The notes beneath the pieces were generated by a model, which saw only the letters and a program-made list of their open reading frames with translations, ran no database searches and was not told the origin of the DNA. Both the position numbers and the translations under genes were made by a program. 64,000 nucleotides of DNA from Euglena gracilis. Its lineage: Eukaryota. Positions 50,701 through 62,750 of the stretch are shown piece by piece (within the stretch, counting starts at the first letter, position 1; every line of letters starts with the position of its first letter). The stretch lies in the NCBI GenBank assembly GCA_039621445.1, contig CP154954.1, positions 32,326,012 through 32,390,011 on the forward strand, in the 5' to 3' direction.

Positions 50701-53700
50701 TAAGTCAATGGGTCGGCGGCCCAGAACGGGGCGCCGGCGGGTCGAAAAACGCTCGTTTTCGGCTCAAAAACAGTTTTTTTATTTTTTTTTTTTTTTGTTT
50801 TTTCTTTTTTTTCTTTTTTTTGTGTTTCTTTTTTCTTTTTTCCTTTTTTCCGGGAGGCGCCAAAAAACATCGTTTCGGGCAAAAAAAATTTTTCGATTTT
50901 TTTTTTTTTTTTTTTGACCCGGTTTTGACCCAAAGTCAATGGGTCGGCGGCCCAGAACGGGGCGCCGGCGGGTCGAAAAACGCTCGTTTTCGGCTCAAAA
51001 ACAGTTTTTCTGGGTCCGGGACGCCAAAAAACATCGTTTCGGGCAAAAAATTTTTTTTCGATTTTTTTCAACTTTTTTGACCCGGTTTTGACCCAAAGTC
51101 AATGGGTCGGCGGCCCAGAACGGGGCGCCGGCGGGTCGAAAAACGCTCGTTTTCGGCTCAAAAACAGTTTTTCTGGGTCCGGGACGCCAAAAAACATCGT
51201 TTCGGGCAAAAAAATTTTTTTCGATTTTTTTCGACTTTTTTGACCCGGTTTTGACCCAAAGTCAATGGGTCGGCGGCCCAAAACGGGGCACCGGTGGGGC
51301 GAAAAACGCTCGTTTTCGGCTCAAAAGCAGTTTTTCTGGGTCCAGGAGACCAAAAAACATCGTTTCGGGCAAAAAATTTTTTTCGACTTGACCCAAAATC
51401 AATGGGTCGGCGTGTCGAAAAACGCTTGCAATGAGTACATTAGTCATCGGTCAGTTGGTCAAGTGGCTAAAGACACCAGCTGCAAATGCTGGTCCTCTAC
51501 GGGGGCGTGGGTTCGAACCCGCACTGATCGTTTTTCTGTATGAGAATGGCCAGAAATGGCCCAAATTGGCCAAAAAACGCCCGTATCTCGGGCTGGGCGG
51601 GGAGTTGCGGGGAAATCAAAATACCGGTAGATAGAGCGTTCCAAGGGCTTCAATTCAGGTCTCCGGACATTTCCTTTGATTTTGCATCATTTTGGAGAAA
51701 TTTTGAAAACATCGATTTTTTTTTTTTTTTTCCCCCGAAAACGGCTAAGTCGAACAGAGGGAAAAGTGTACAAAACGGCCGTCTGCGCCGAAAACGCCCG
51801 TATCTCGGGCTAGGCGGGGAGTTGCGGGGAAATCAAAATACCGGTAGATGGGGCGTTCCAAGGGCTTCAAATTAGGTCTCCGGACATTTCCTTTGGTTTG
51901 GCTTCATTTTGGAGATATTTTGAAAATTGACATTTTGAGGGGGGGGGGGCTCATCCAGGGGGGGCGGGTAAATCCTACCGAGTTTGGACCCCTTCGCGCG
52001 TGAATAACTCGGGCCTGGCGGGGAGTTGGGGGTCAAACCCAGGTGATTCGGAAACTAGGAATCCAGTCGCTCGTGACTGAAAAAAAAAATTTCGGGAACC
52101 GGGCCGGGATCATGGTGATAATCCGTCGGTTCTCCAGGTGGCCCCGACCCGGGGGGGGGGGAGGGGGGGGGGGGGCGAGGGGGGGGATTTCGACGGTGGT
52201 AAGCTTCGCTCTTACCCATAAAGGGATAAGAGCTCAGCGACCCCTCCATACATACCGGCCCACTCCATGGAGCTCTTTTGCCTGAAATCCATAGGTTTTG
52301 TACCAGAAACAGGGCGCCGGTGGCTCGAAAAACGCTCATTTTCGGCTCGAAAACAGTTTTTCCAGGTCCGGGAGGCCCAAAAACATTGTTTTGGTCAAAA
52401 TTTTTTTTCGATTTTTTCGACTTTTTTGACCCAGTTTTGACCCAAAGTCAATGGGTCGGCGGTCCAAAACGGGGCGCTGGCGGGTCGAAATACGCTCGTT
52501 TTCGGCTCAAAAACAGTTTTTCTGGGTCCGGGAGGCCAAAAAGCATCGTTTCGGGCAAAAAATTTTCGATTTTTTTCGAGTTTTTTGGCTGAAAACGGCT
52601 AAGTCGAACAGAGGGAAAAGTGTACAAAATGGCCTGAAACGGCCCAAATTGGCCAAAAAAACGCCCGTATCTCGGGCTGGGCGGGGAGTTGTGGGGAAAC
52701 CAAAATCCCAGTAGATAGAGCGTTCCAAGGGCATCAATTTAGGTCTCCAGACATTTCCTTTGATTTTGCATCATTTTCGAGAAATTTTGAAAACATCGAT
52801 TTTTTGACCCCCCCACCCCCCGAAAACGGCTAAGTCGAGTAGTGGGAAAAGTGTACAAAACGGCCATCTGCGGGCTGGGCGGGCGGGGAGTTGCGGGGAA
52901 ATCAAAATACCGGTAGATGGGGCGTTCCAAGGGCTTCAAATTAGGTCTCCGGACATTTCCTTTGATTTGGCTTCATTTTGGAGATATTTTGAAATATGAC
53001 ATTTTTTGGCAGTCCAAAGGGGGGGGGGCTTATCCAGGGGGGGGCGGGCCGATCCTACCCAGTTTGGACCCCTTCGCGCGTGAATAACTCGGGCCTGGCG
53101 GAGTTGGGGGTCAAACCCAGGTGATTCGGAAACTAGAAATCCAGTCGCTCGCAACTGAAAAAAAAAATTCCGGGAACGGGGCCGGGATCATGGTGATAAT
53201 CCGTCGGTTCTCCTGGTGGCCCCGAGGGGGGGGGGGGGGGGGGGGGGGGCGGGGGGGGGGGTTTCGCCGGGGGTAAGCTTCGCTCTTACCCATAAAGGGA
53301 TAAGAGCTCAGCGACCCCTCCCTATCCCCCGAGGGGGGGGGGTCCAGCCAGCAGCCTTTTTGCCAGCCGGAGGCTGACTGGGGTCCTTAAGACCCCGATT
53401 CCCTGAGCTCAGCACTGCACAAAACCTGGGGTTGGGGTTTGAGCAGTTGGTGTTAGGGTATCAGCTTGGATGAAGAAACCGAATTTTCAAACGAATTTTC
53501 AAAAAGGATCGTCCCTCCTTCTGCAGGAGCCAAGTGGAAACGACTTGGCGGAGATCAGGAAGCAAGTGGAAGAGCTTCACAAGGAAAGCCCCTTGAAAGA
53601 TTACAAGCTGGTTCTTGAGACAAAGGTTGCCTGCCCGCCCCATGGAGGGAGGTCGGGTTTTTGGTTTCCGTGCTGACCCAGGCAAACTCCCTTGAAAATG

Positions 53701-56700
53701 GTATTTTCAGGTCCCCGCTTGCCTTCAGCAAGGGTCAGGGTTCTATATCGAAAACTGTGTCTTGGACGCCGGTTCGGGTGGTAGCCCGAACCGGCGTCCT
53801 AGGCACCGGCTTCCCCAAATACCCATTTGGCGATTTTGGTCGGAATTTGTCACCGATCAAAATTGGTAGATTCTGCACTTCTGAAGCCATGTTACCCATC
53901 AATCGAAAGCTCTCCTCAAGGGCTTTCGACAGATGGCAACAGAATTCATCCATAGTGCATGAAGCTCCTGTTTTCAGCAATCGTGTATTTCAAAATTTGA
54001 CACCTTGATTTGTCAAATCCCAAAGTTCAGGTGCCATAGGCATATCAACCGATCGCTCTCCCCACTTGGTACCCACAGAACCAGCCACACTGCACAACGC
54101 TCCGAATATCGACGATCCTATTTTCCGACCCTGTTTGCGAATTCGAAATTCCACTGTTTCACCTGCCATGTTGCCCCTTGATTAAAAGCTCTTCTCAAGG
54201 GCTTTCAGCAGAAATGAAGCTTGGATTTCAGCCATGCTTAGAATACCATGCCATGCATGGTATTCTATTTCCAAGAATCCCCAAATTGGCCAAAGGGAAT
54301 TCATTAAACAAAAACCCCCAATTTCTGGCCTTTTGACCTGAAATTGGGTAAATTTTGCAATATTTTCCTTTTGGTCAATTTTGGGGAATTTCTGAAATGA
54401 ATACCATGCAGCGTGGCTGTCAGGCTTTTGCTTAAGGGATTGCAGTACCCCCCCCCCCGGGGGGGCTGGACTAGTGGGATTTCTAGCAGACCCCCCCGGG
54501 GGGGGTCTGCTAGCAGGGCTAGGTAGTGGGAAAAATTAAACGAAATCCGCAGGGGACGATTTTTTCGGCTGCAAACCACCAATAACTGATTTTTTTCAAT
54601 TTTTTTTGAGACCGACCAGCATCAAAAATGCCATTCCCCCCCCCAAATTTGACGAAAATTGCCAATTTGGGGGGTTTCGGGGTCATTTTGGGGGGGGTCA
54701 GATTTTCACCAACAAGACCGGGACCCCCCCCACCTATAACCCCCCCCCCTTCGGCTGACTAACCAAACCGGATCCAAATCTGATCCCAGGGCACACCGTT
54801 GTGCACCCGTGAACAGATCACGGGTGCACAGGGCATCACCAGTGAATGGAATCCTTTTTTTTAATTGTCCTTTTTTTTCTGTTCACCAGTGAACCATTCA
54901 CAGTTGCTGTGGCGTTCACCAGTGAATGCACCCCGATTCCTCACATGGGGAAGCCCGTTATTGGTTTAACAGTTTTAAGGAAGTTCGCCCGGCAGCCATA
55001 TTCTACTCCCCCCCGAGTGTCCAGGGAGGGGGAGAGCTTTCACTGGCCCCTTCTCAAATTCCTAAGCTGTTTTCAGCAATTTTGTTTTGGTTTTTGTGTT
55101 TGCACTGGGCACTGCTCTCCTTTTTTCCTTTTGCAAGGTTGACCCATCCATTGGTGGAGGATATATCTTGGAGGTGTGCAACCAGGTGGTGAACAGGAGT
55201 GCAGCTGCCGCCGCCGCAGAAACAGCTGCTTTGGCGAAGGTGAGTTCCGCATTGGCTGTCTGAGAATTTCTTTGAATGATTTCTCACTGTGCAGGAGAAT
55301 GATGCAAAACACAGTTCTGCTTCTTTTTTTTGTGTTCCCACCCCTTCCCCAGTTATTTCACTGCTGGTTTCTGATTTTTTTTTGACTCGAAAAATCCCAC
55401 AATTTAGCCCCGATTTCCCCTGAGACCAAAGTAAAAAAGGGCGCAAAATGGTGAGCACTTAACGTGGGCCAGGTCTGTTGGGGGCACAATTGGGGGGGGA
55501 GCGCAGGCTTCTTTTTGCCACAAGGGGCCAAAGGCGCTTGGCCCCCGAAAATGGTCATTTTCAAGGGGAAATTGGTTTGATCGGCAGGCATGTGGATTTG
55601 CATGCGGGGTGCTTCTCACAGGCAGACCCCATGGCACAAGGCACCCCCCCCCCCCGGGTTGGCAAAAGAAGCCTGTATAACTCCAGCTGGGTTGGCATTT
55701 TCAGCCAGAAATTTGAGGTGAAGACCCAAAAACCACCCCAAAAATGTCATTCTTGGCCATTTTTGACCCTTGTTTTCAAAAAATTTCGGCGCAATTTTCG
55801 GTCCAGCCCCACTTCGCCGGGCTGGGCCAAATTTTGTTTCAGTGGACCCTCCCCCCCCCCCCCGGGAGAAGTCTGCAGCCTGGGGATAGATAAGGCAAGC
55901 CCAGATAAGGGACGGCAAGTTTTCATTTTCCCTTCAGGAGCGCCCCTTGAGGACCGCCCTTGGGCCCAAGGGACGGACAATGACCGATCCTGTGGCCGAT
56001 CGAACAGGGCCAAAATTCAAAAAGTCAAAACGCATTTTTTGGCATTTTGGATGGATGGGCGATGGTCAAAAGGATGCCAGAAATCACTTTTCCCTCTGAA
56101 GCCGACGCATTTTGGCAAAATATGGTCATTTTTTCGTCCATTTTTCCAATGAATTTTCATTGTGTTGGGATGGGAAGTTCTTTTTTCCGTTCAGGATCAC
56201 CCTGCCCCAGCCCAGCTGGGAGGTGCTGGCTGGCTGAACCGCCCCCCCCCCCCCAAGGAAAGCCCTTGGCCTTCGCGCAGGATGGCCTTTTCAACCATTC
56301 CTGACCTCCCCCCGGGGTGTGGAGCTCGCTGGGCAGGGTGGCCCAGGCTGGGCCACCCTGCCTGAGTGGCATGGGGCAGAAGATGTTTGAGAGACATGGT
56401 TGCCGGCGGCCCAGCCCAAAAACCGCATTTACGACCACCCCCCGGTCACAGGTTGCAGGAACCCGGTCGTACGACAAGGGGGGGGGGCGGGTAAATGTAT
56501 TTGGTTTTGCGGAGGGGAGAATGGGGGTTCCAGAATGCCCCCCCTCCCCGCTCAATTGATACCCTGCCCGGTGAGGGCCAGCTGGCTGCACCCCCTGGGA
56601 ACTGACGAAATTCCCTGCCCCCAGTCCAATGTCAACGCTTCTCCCTCTGGTTTTATTCCGTTGCATCCCCCAGGCCTCTGCGGCACAAGTGGATTGGACG

Positions 56701-56823
56701 TCGCTGCCTGCTGCCCCGCCTCGCCCTTCCCCCTCGGCCCCCGACACCTTGATCCGTCTGCTTGGCTCGGTGGTGGATGACCTTGCAGATGCGGACAAGG
56801 TGGAACAGAAGTACGGGGCATAA
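38704..56823 (+). CDS. ATP5PO: Mitochondrial ATP synthase subunit OSCP, 267 aa. Exons 38704-38738, 38782-38888, 38939-38983, 39032-39184, 39587-39699, 53527-53625, 55138-55239, 56674-56823
   Basis: All seven introns are GT-AG and in phase (804 nt total). Arg-rich presequence MHMRRAVSVFGRCRSLNGLRNY, OSCP motifs FAKLLYSFA and LETKVDPSIGGGYILEV, and a euglenozoan-type C-terminal extension. Confidence 0.92.
40450..40700. repeat. Tandem ACGACCACCCCCCGGTCACAGGTTGCAGG subterminal-type repeats; also at 46790-46875 (inverted) and 56425-56490
   Basis: Directly visible. Confidence 0.75.
41931..42246. mobile_element. MITE with TA target duplication
   Basis: TA|CACCTAACGCCTGAA...TTCAGACGCTAGGTG|TA, with internal TTTTTGCAC motifs. 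Confidence 0.75.
42480..45320. mobile_element. Foldback structure: ~1.1-kb diverged inverted arms (42480-43620 / 44110-45290) with ~30-bp AAAACGTG sub-repeats
   Basis: The arms are reverse complements of each other. There is an internal near-perfect hairpin at 43627-43739 and a second inverted pair at ~43920-44110 / 44745-44905. Confidence 0.85.
42764..43460 (-). pseudogene. PHD-finger protein remnant; an inverted, deleted copy lies at ~44230-44740 (+)
   Basis: EKCGFCG (seen in the second copy; frameshifted here)...VVCDACRLAYHFHCQDLRRPPKYGSFLCKAC fits C4-H-C3. Confidence 0.7.
45529..47527. mobile_element. TIR element (GGTAGACTGGGG...CCCCAGTCTACC) with AGTCGGCCGACT palindromes, containing nested repeats
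   Basis: About 35-bp inverted ends. It interrupts a repeat that is contiguous at 60333-60490. Confidence 0.7.
48303..48374 (+). tRNA. tRNA-Val(CAC)-like sequence, probably a pseudogene
   Basis: Paired acceptor, D and T arms, A box TAGCTCAGTGG, B box GGTTCGATCCC, followed by TTTT. The anticodon stem is broken. Confidence 0.7.
48428..48499 (-). tRNA. tRNA-Val(TAC)-like pseudogene
   Basis: Intact A and B boxes and D arm. The anticodon stem is mismatched and the 3' acceptor strand is lost. Confidence 0.65.
48720..50010. repeat. Tandem ~350-390-bp satellite (about 3.5 copies) with A-rich and (GGGGGT)n tracts
   Basis: Recurrent GTCACGTGAAATGAT...GTACCTTGTAGAGACCAATCTAAC. Confidence 0.92.
50012..51420. 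repeat. Tandem ~162-bp satellite (about 8-9 copies; further copies at ~47985-48090 and 52310-52580)
   Basis: GTCAATGGGTC recurs at about 50060, 50221, 50384, 50546, 50704, 50935, 51098, 51261 and 51398. Confidence 0.95.
51449..51530 (+). tRNA. tRNA-Leu(CAA)-like sequence with long variable arm, probably a pseudogene
   Basis: Acceptor GGTCAGT/ACTGATC, anticodon stem CCAGC/GCTGG, variable hairpin, B box, then TTTTT. It has G instead of U at position 33 and a T loop one base short. Confidence 0.7.
51540..53325. repeat. Direct duplication of a ~0.7-kb block (51540-52245 and ~52625-53325)
   Basis: Colinear near-identity of the two blocks. Confidence 0.85.
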
Positions 56824-57657
56824 TCACGGTGTGCTTCCCTGCTGTGTAAATGAATCAGATCTATTTGGGAAACCTGTCCCATTTTGTTGGCGCCCCGAGG
56901 TGTTGAAAAAATTGGTGCCCCCACTGGCAAGTGCCCCCCCCTCTGATGCGCATGAGGGTTCTAAGGGAGATGGGAAAAATGGGTGAAAATTTGGCTGTCC
57001 GGGGGCGGCTGTGCCCTCCCGGGTCCCTGCCACTTCTTTTTTTGTCCTTTTTTGCCCAATTTTTAAGCTGTCCCCAAAATGTCCCCAGCAGGGGGGGGGG
57101 GCATTTTGAATTGAAATTTTGAAGGAAGAATTGGGGCCGAAAATGGGGAATTTTTCCAAATCAAAAATTCCCAGCCAGGGTTTTTTTGTCTTGGAAACCC
57201 TGGGGGGGAGGGAGGGGGAGGGGGGTGGGTCCGGCCGGTTCCTGCTGGGGGACGGAGGGGAAGCCGGCAGGCCATTTTTGATCAATTTTAATGTTGAAAA
57301 CATCCAATTTTGTTTTGACATGGTTCAGGACATGACTAACCCCGTGAGTAATTGCCGCGGTGACATTCACCACACAGCCAGCTGAGAACAATCTTCTGAG
57401 TTGGGCCACGGGGGGGATTTGAACACAGCAGGCATCTTGCCACCAGGGGGTGGCCTTGTGCTATGGGATGCTTGATACAGCAGGGAGGGGTCACTGCAGT
57501 CAGTTTTGTGTCCTGACCAGGGGGGTAACCTTTTCGAAAACTCTCGCCTTAAAAATGATCCCTGGTACTGCTTTTTTAAAAAAAAAAAAAGGAAGCCTGG
57601 TGCCAGATATTTTGAAATGTTCGCCGACCTGGGAGGGTCACCAAACTACCTCTGGAC

Positions 57658-57904
57658 CAGGGTTTTTTTTTAGTCGTGGACCCCGGGGGGGCAGGGGGGG
57701 GTGGGTCCGGCCGAGCCCCCCCCCCGGGGGGTCCCCCCGGAGGGGGGTGGGATATACTTTTCGGCGCTGCAGGCGCAGAAAAAATGCTATTTTTAGCACT
57801 TTTCGCGATTTTTCGGCCATTTTTTTGTGGGTCCCCCGGGACCCCTCCGGGGGGTCCCCCCTCCAGGGACCCCCCCTCCCCCCCGGTCTTTAAAAAAACC
57901 CCTG
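57658..57904. mobile_element. hAT-like MITE (CAGGG termini, 8-bp TSD)
   Basis: CTCTGGAC|CAGGGTTTTTTT...AAAAAAACCCTG|CTCTGCAC (one mismatch in the TSD). Confidence 0.8.
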
Positions 57905-58551
57905 CTCTGCACCTGGAACCTGTGCTCCAGACAAAAAATGATGGGAAACAAAAATGACTGGGAAGAAACACAAAAAAAATGTTGGGTAGATTTCAATTTG
58001 GAAAAATGAATAAATAAATTAAAATTTCGGAAATTGTGGCCATTTTGTGGGTCTTGTGATAAAGATCTTTCGCAACGATTTCTGTGGTGGTCTTCTTTGA
58101 GGTTTCTTTTCATGCAAAGAAGGCCCCGGAAACTGACCACATTTCACAACCCTGTGTTTTTGTGTCTGAGATTTGATTACACTGAAAGCTCAACAAAGGG
58201 TGTAAAAATTTCTGGGTGAAAAAAAACGCCGGAGAAAATGACAGGAGAAATTGGCTTCATTTCTATTCCTGTTGTTTTTGTCCAGATTGTAATTCGAGAT
58301 TATTGTTTAGCTCATGGATTCGCAACTTTTGGGTTTTCGCGAACCTTATTAAAGCTATTTTTCAGTCAGATCGACCGACCTGCTGCAGGTTCCATGTAAT
58401 GTCTGAGTGAAGTCAGGCTCTGTTTAATTTTCCGGAATTTCGGAATAAGAGATCTGTGCGTCGTGGCTGAATTCTGAAGCCATCGTTGGACGTCTTGATG
58501 AAAAGAGCTTTCGATCGAGGGGCGACATCGCATTTACCCCGGGGGGTCCAG

Positions 58552-58923
58552 CAGGGTTCGATATAAGGAGGGCATACATGGTTTAGGTGGGGGGTGTCCC
58601 CCCCCACCGCCCTCCTGGCCCACCCCCCCCCACCCCGACCCGGGGGGGTACCCGGGACCACCCCAAAAAAGGGACAATTTTTTCCTCCGGCGCGAAGCGA
58701 AAATTTTTGCATTTTGGCCAATTTTTGCCCAAAAAGTGCGCAAAATGGCACTTTTGGTCGTTTTGGGGGGGTCAAAAATTTTCGGCCCGGCGCTTTGCGC
58801 CGGGCCAAATCGGTCACCCTGACCGCGCCACTGTTTAGGTGGGGGGGTGTCCCCCCCACCCCCCCCCCCCCCGGCCCGCAGGGGGGGTCCGGACCACCCC
58901 CCCTCTCCTTATATCGAACCCAG
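58552..58923. mobile_element. MITE (CAGGGTTCGATATAAGGAG TIR); related copy at ~12165-12846
   Basis: Inverted ends, and internal similarity to 12570-12830. Confidence 0.7.
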
Positions 58924-59595
58924 CCTTTTTTCCTTTGCTTTTGGGGGGGGGGCAATTTCATAAAAAAATCTGCAAAACGACCGATTGTGATCGCTCTTCT
59001 GGTTGAAACCATCTGAAATTTGCTTTCAAATGGTCCAGGAATGAAAAAAGCCAAGATTCAAATCCAGCGAGCTGGTTTGGCATTTTTCTATTTCAGCATA
59101 CCTCCCCTCTTGGGGGAGGTCTGTTGCAGGAATTTTTTTCAAGACAGAACAAAAGCAGTTATGGCCGCGGTGGTTGGTGAGAAATTGTGTGATCCCAACC
59201 CCAGGGAATCAGACGAGTTAAGCTTACTGGAATGGACAGCTTACTGGAATGCGGCTTCTGTGCCTGAGTGGCCGCTTGAAGAAACAGCATTTGCTCATTT
59301 CTTCAGGTTCTGAGGAGTGGACAGGACTAACCCATACACACATTTGTGTGTCGACCTTTTGGCTGCACTCAACGTTTTCTCGCAGCCTGTTGATCAAATG
59401 CCGCGCAATCAAAAATCATCAGTGTTTCGCATTTCCGAGGTTTTTCCCGTTTTGGCCGGCTCACCTGCTTTTTCTCAGGGGTATCCATGGGGTGGATGGC
59501 CTGCAAAGGGAACCGAGGCCTCGGCCTTCTTCCTTCCCGAAAGCCGAGGATGGGAAATTAGTACCATACCAGGGAATTTCTTAAGCCGGGGGGTA

Positions 59596-60305
59596 AACCC
59601 CCCCCCCCATTTAAACCGACCCGTCGGTTTAGGACTTTTGGGTTGGCGGAAATCCTGGAGGGGGTCGGTTTAGACGGGGGGTCGGTTTCAGGGGAGCACA
59701 CGGCTGGCCACGGAAGCGGGTTGATGTTAGCAAGGCAATTTCAATTGGCAAATGCCCAATTTGGTCGGCCAATTCCTAAATTTGAGGGACAAATGCCTAA
59801 TTTGGTCAGCCAATTCCTAAATTTGAGGGACAAATGCCCAATTTGGTCGGCCAATTCCTAAATTTGAGGGACAAATGCCTAATTTGGGATGCAAATGCTT
59901 AATTTTTGGGGGCAAATGCTGAATTTTGGGTGTAATATCCAATTTTTGGTGGCAAACTGCCTAATTTTGGGTGCAAACTTCAAATTTTAGATAGCAAATG
60001 CCAAATTTTGTAATTTTTTGGTTCCAACACCAAATTTTCGGAGGAAAATGCCCAATTTGAGGTGCAAACTCCAAAATTTGGAAGCAACTGCCTAATTTTG
60101 GGTGTAAATCTCAATTTTGGGTCATCAAAACTATTCAATGAGCATGGACGCTCTTTCCGTTGGCGGCTTCCATTATGTTGTGCATGTTTGTCATCCAACT
60201 TGCCATGGGTCGGTTTATTTCTTTTTTTGGTTGAAATTCTGCAATGGGTCGGTTTGGAAGGGTAGGTCGGTTTAGAAGGGGAGTCGGTTTAAATGGGGGG
60301 GGGTT
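59596..60305. mobile_element. MITE with AACCCCCCC-ATTTAAACCGAC TIRs, TA flanks and internal ~39-bp tandem repeats
   Basis: The TIRs and the internal repeats at 59750-59885 are directly visible. Confidence 0.8.
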
Positions 60306-60523
60306 TACCCTACCCCCCGGGGGGGTCCAGCTAGCAGCCCAAATTCAGGCTGGAAGCCCCCGGGGGTGAAGTGAAATGCAGTCGGGTCCAGCCCGGCCGG
60401 AGGCCGGGCCGGCCAATTGGGCTACCCAGCTCAGCTGTCCCTGAATTTCCCCCCTCATCGCAGCTTCCTCCATCACGGCACCCCGGCCTTGACCGAGACA
60501 CCTCGGGCTCCGCACTTTGCCAT

Positions 60524-61800
60524 TGTGAGGCCAATGGCATGCCTTGCTCGCCGGCGTTTGGTTGCGCGATTGTTTTGGTGCGCTGGGCTAGGAGGTCCCG
60601 CGTAGTGCCTTTTGTCGCCGGAGTTGGCTGACTCTTAACTTGCCCTTCGACAGCCAGAGAGGACAGGAACAGAGTTCACGAACGAGGAAGAACTGAGAAA
60701 AGAAGTCAATATCAATTCAGTCTCCAGAGCACGAACCAGACGACTATCAATTGAGAAGTCAGTTGTCAAATTTCAATTTCGACTTCGATGAGCAATGCAG
60801 TGGAGAAGAAATTGGAATTATATGGCCACGGACGTCCTGGAGGAGTGGCCGCAGCAGCTGGAGACCTTGGAGATGCGGTCAACACGTGGCAAACCGTGGC
60901 CGTTCTTCCCACCCAGCCCCCCACCCCAAAAATTTCACAGCACAAAAACCCCACCAATGACGGCCACGGTCCTTGGACCACTGTGGCCAGAAGGCCAAGA
61001 AGACAGAAGCCAGCCCCAGCCCTTGGTGGGCCAAGACTGGGCCATGGGGGCCCAAAATGCTTCACAATTGGACAATCAAAGCCCACACATCAGGGGCCAG
61101 AAGATGGGGAGATGGAATAAAGGCCAAGGAGGTCAACACCACAGGGGCCATGGGGACCAGTTTCACAAGCAAATCCCCTCAGGATGGGGCAGAAAAGGTC
61201 TGCCCAACCCCCCCAATTCATCTATCACAACAGCCCCTCTCAAGGGGACAAGGGGGGCCACAGCAGCCCCCCTAGATTTCCAATGGGGTTGGAGGCCAAG
61301 AAGAAATCAAGCCTGGAAGACCACAATATGGATTATGGAAAAAAATTTACACATGGAAACCTTGGAGACCAGCAGGGTGGACCCACAGTGGCCACCAAGA
61401 AGCTAAGGATGCTGCTGGAGAAATCAGTGTACGTCTGATTCCCAATTCCCCTTTCCCAATTCCCAAAAGCCTTCGCTTTCGCCTTGGCGCACCTACTTGG
61501 GAACTGAAAATCAGAGTAACAGTAAAAACCCTTTTCCCACTTCCCAAGAAGCAAAGCACGGAGCAATGCGGGGAGGACGGACTGGAAATCCAAGTCCGGT
61601 CCAAGGAAAGGAAGGAAAAGGTATCAGAAGAATACCACCTGTGGAGAGAGAAGGGGCACCCATTCTATCTAATAGGATTCTATCTAATAATAATTCTATC
61701 TAATAATCTAATAATAACACTAATTCTATCTAATAATTCTATCTAATAATACCCATTCTATCTAATAATCATTCTATCTAATAATATTCTATCTAATATC

Positions 61801-61837
<37 letters not shown>

Positions 61838-62744
61838 TCTATCTAATATTCTATCCTAATAGGATCTGCTTCCATCCTAACTTCCTCAACGGAAGGGGAC
61901 AGAAGCATACGCCTGGTACACATCCCCCTCCCAGGGCTATGCCCGATTTCCCCTTTGGACCAGGCATTCTGGCCACAGGGATTTCGGACACAGACCTGGT
62001 CTGTGGGAGGTGCACCCTGGCGCATCCACAGGGGCCCTTTCCGTCGCACAGGGGTCCACTCCAAGGGGGGGGGGGGGCGGAAAGGAGGGGACCCAAAAAG
62101 CCTAAAACGCGCAAAATGGTTTCACCTATTCTGCGGTGGCTTATGGGTATATAGTATATTATAGCCCACTGGGGAAAATGGGGCTGGCAGGTTTCCTTGC
62201 CAAGCAAACCCATCCACCCAGTTTGGGTGTGCCCAAGGCACTTGGGGTTGGGTCCATGGGCATTCCAGGAAAACCCCTGGGGAGGGTGTGGAAGGAGGGG
62301 GCCTCTGACCAGTCAAACCTGGGCAGGGCGCATGGCCAGTCAAACCTGACCACGCAAAAGGAAATCCTACTCTACAAAACCAACTGCCGGCGACAGCATT
62401 TGCCCCGGGGGGAAAAGTAGAGTGGAGTGGGGGGTTGGCTTAGGCCAGAAAAGTTGTGCTGTCTGGCAGCCTTAAGGCCTCAAACGGCCGAAAAGAAAAG
62501 AAAGGGAAAGGAAAAGAGGCCGTCGGCCCTGTGCGCTGCGTGTCGCACGCCCGCAAGAGGGGAGAGGGGAGAGGGGTGTGCATGCATGCGCACGGAATCC
62601 TGCACATGGCAGCATCCCGGTGGGAACTTACTAGCGGCGAATACCGCAAAGGGTCTTCGAAGGGGCTGTTCGGGCGAATACTCAAACAGGGTGTCAGGCG
62701 AATACCCGACGAGGGTGCTGAAAGACGCCGCATTGGCGCTGACA
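60524..62744 (-). mobile_element. Probable 3' LTR (~430 bp) of a minus-strand LTR retroelement, split by a 1.8-kb insertion
   Basis: Ends TGTGAGGCCAATG / CATTGGCGCTGACA (TG...CA, imperfect inverted repeat). A purine-rich tract (GATAAAGGCAGGTGAGG) lies immediately upstream on the minus strand. Confidence 0.55.
60613..62395. mobile_element. Solo-LTR-like insertion, 1783 bp
   Basis: TGTCGCCGGAGTTGG...CCAACTGCCGGCGACA, with flanks GCCTTT / GCATTT (6 bp, one mismatch). Internal ATTCTATCTAAT minisatellite at 61661-61862. Confidence 0.7.
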
Positions 62745-62750
62745 GACACC

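Larger units (their letters stand above)
47766..53443. mobile_element. ~5.7-kb non-coding TIR element carrying tRNA-like sequences and satellites
   Basis: CCAGGTTTTGAATAGTGCTGAGCTC (47780) versus GAGCTCAGCACTGCACAAAACCTGG (53405-53429). No TSD resolved. Confidence 0.55.

Noticed and set aside
48303-51530. Functional tRNA genes
   Set aside because: Broken anticodon stems, a missing acceptor strand, or non-canonical position 33 and T loop. Kept only as tRNA-like.
59020-59673. Two in-frame ORFs separated by one TGA (possible pseudogene)
   Set aside because: No recognisable motif or codon bias, and the segment is truncated by a MITE. Support is insufficient.
60788-61438. gag-like ORFs inside the 1.8-kb insertion
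   Set aside because: Short overlapping frames with no zinc knuckle or capsid-like pattern.
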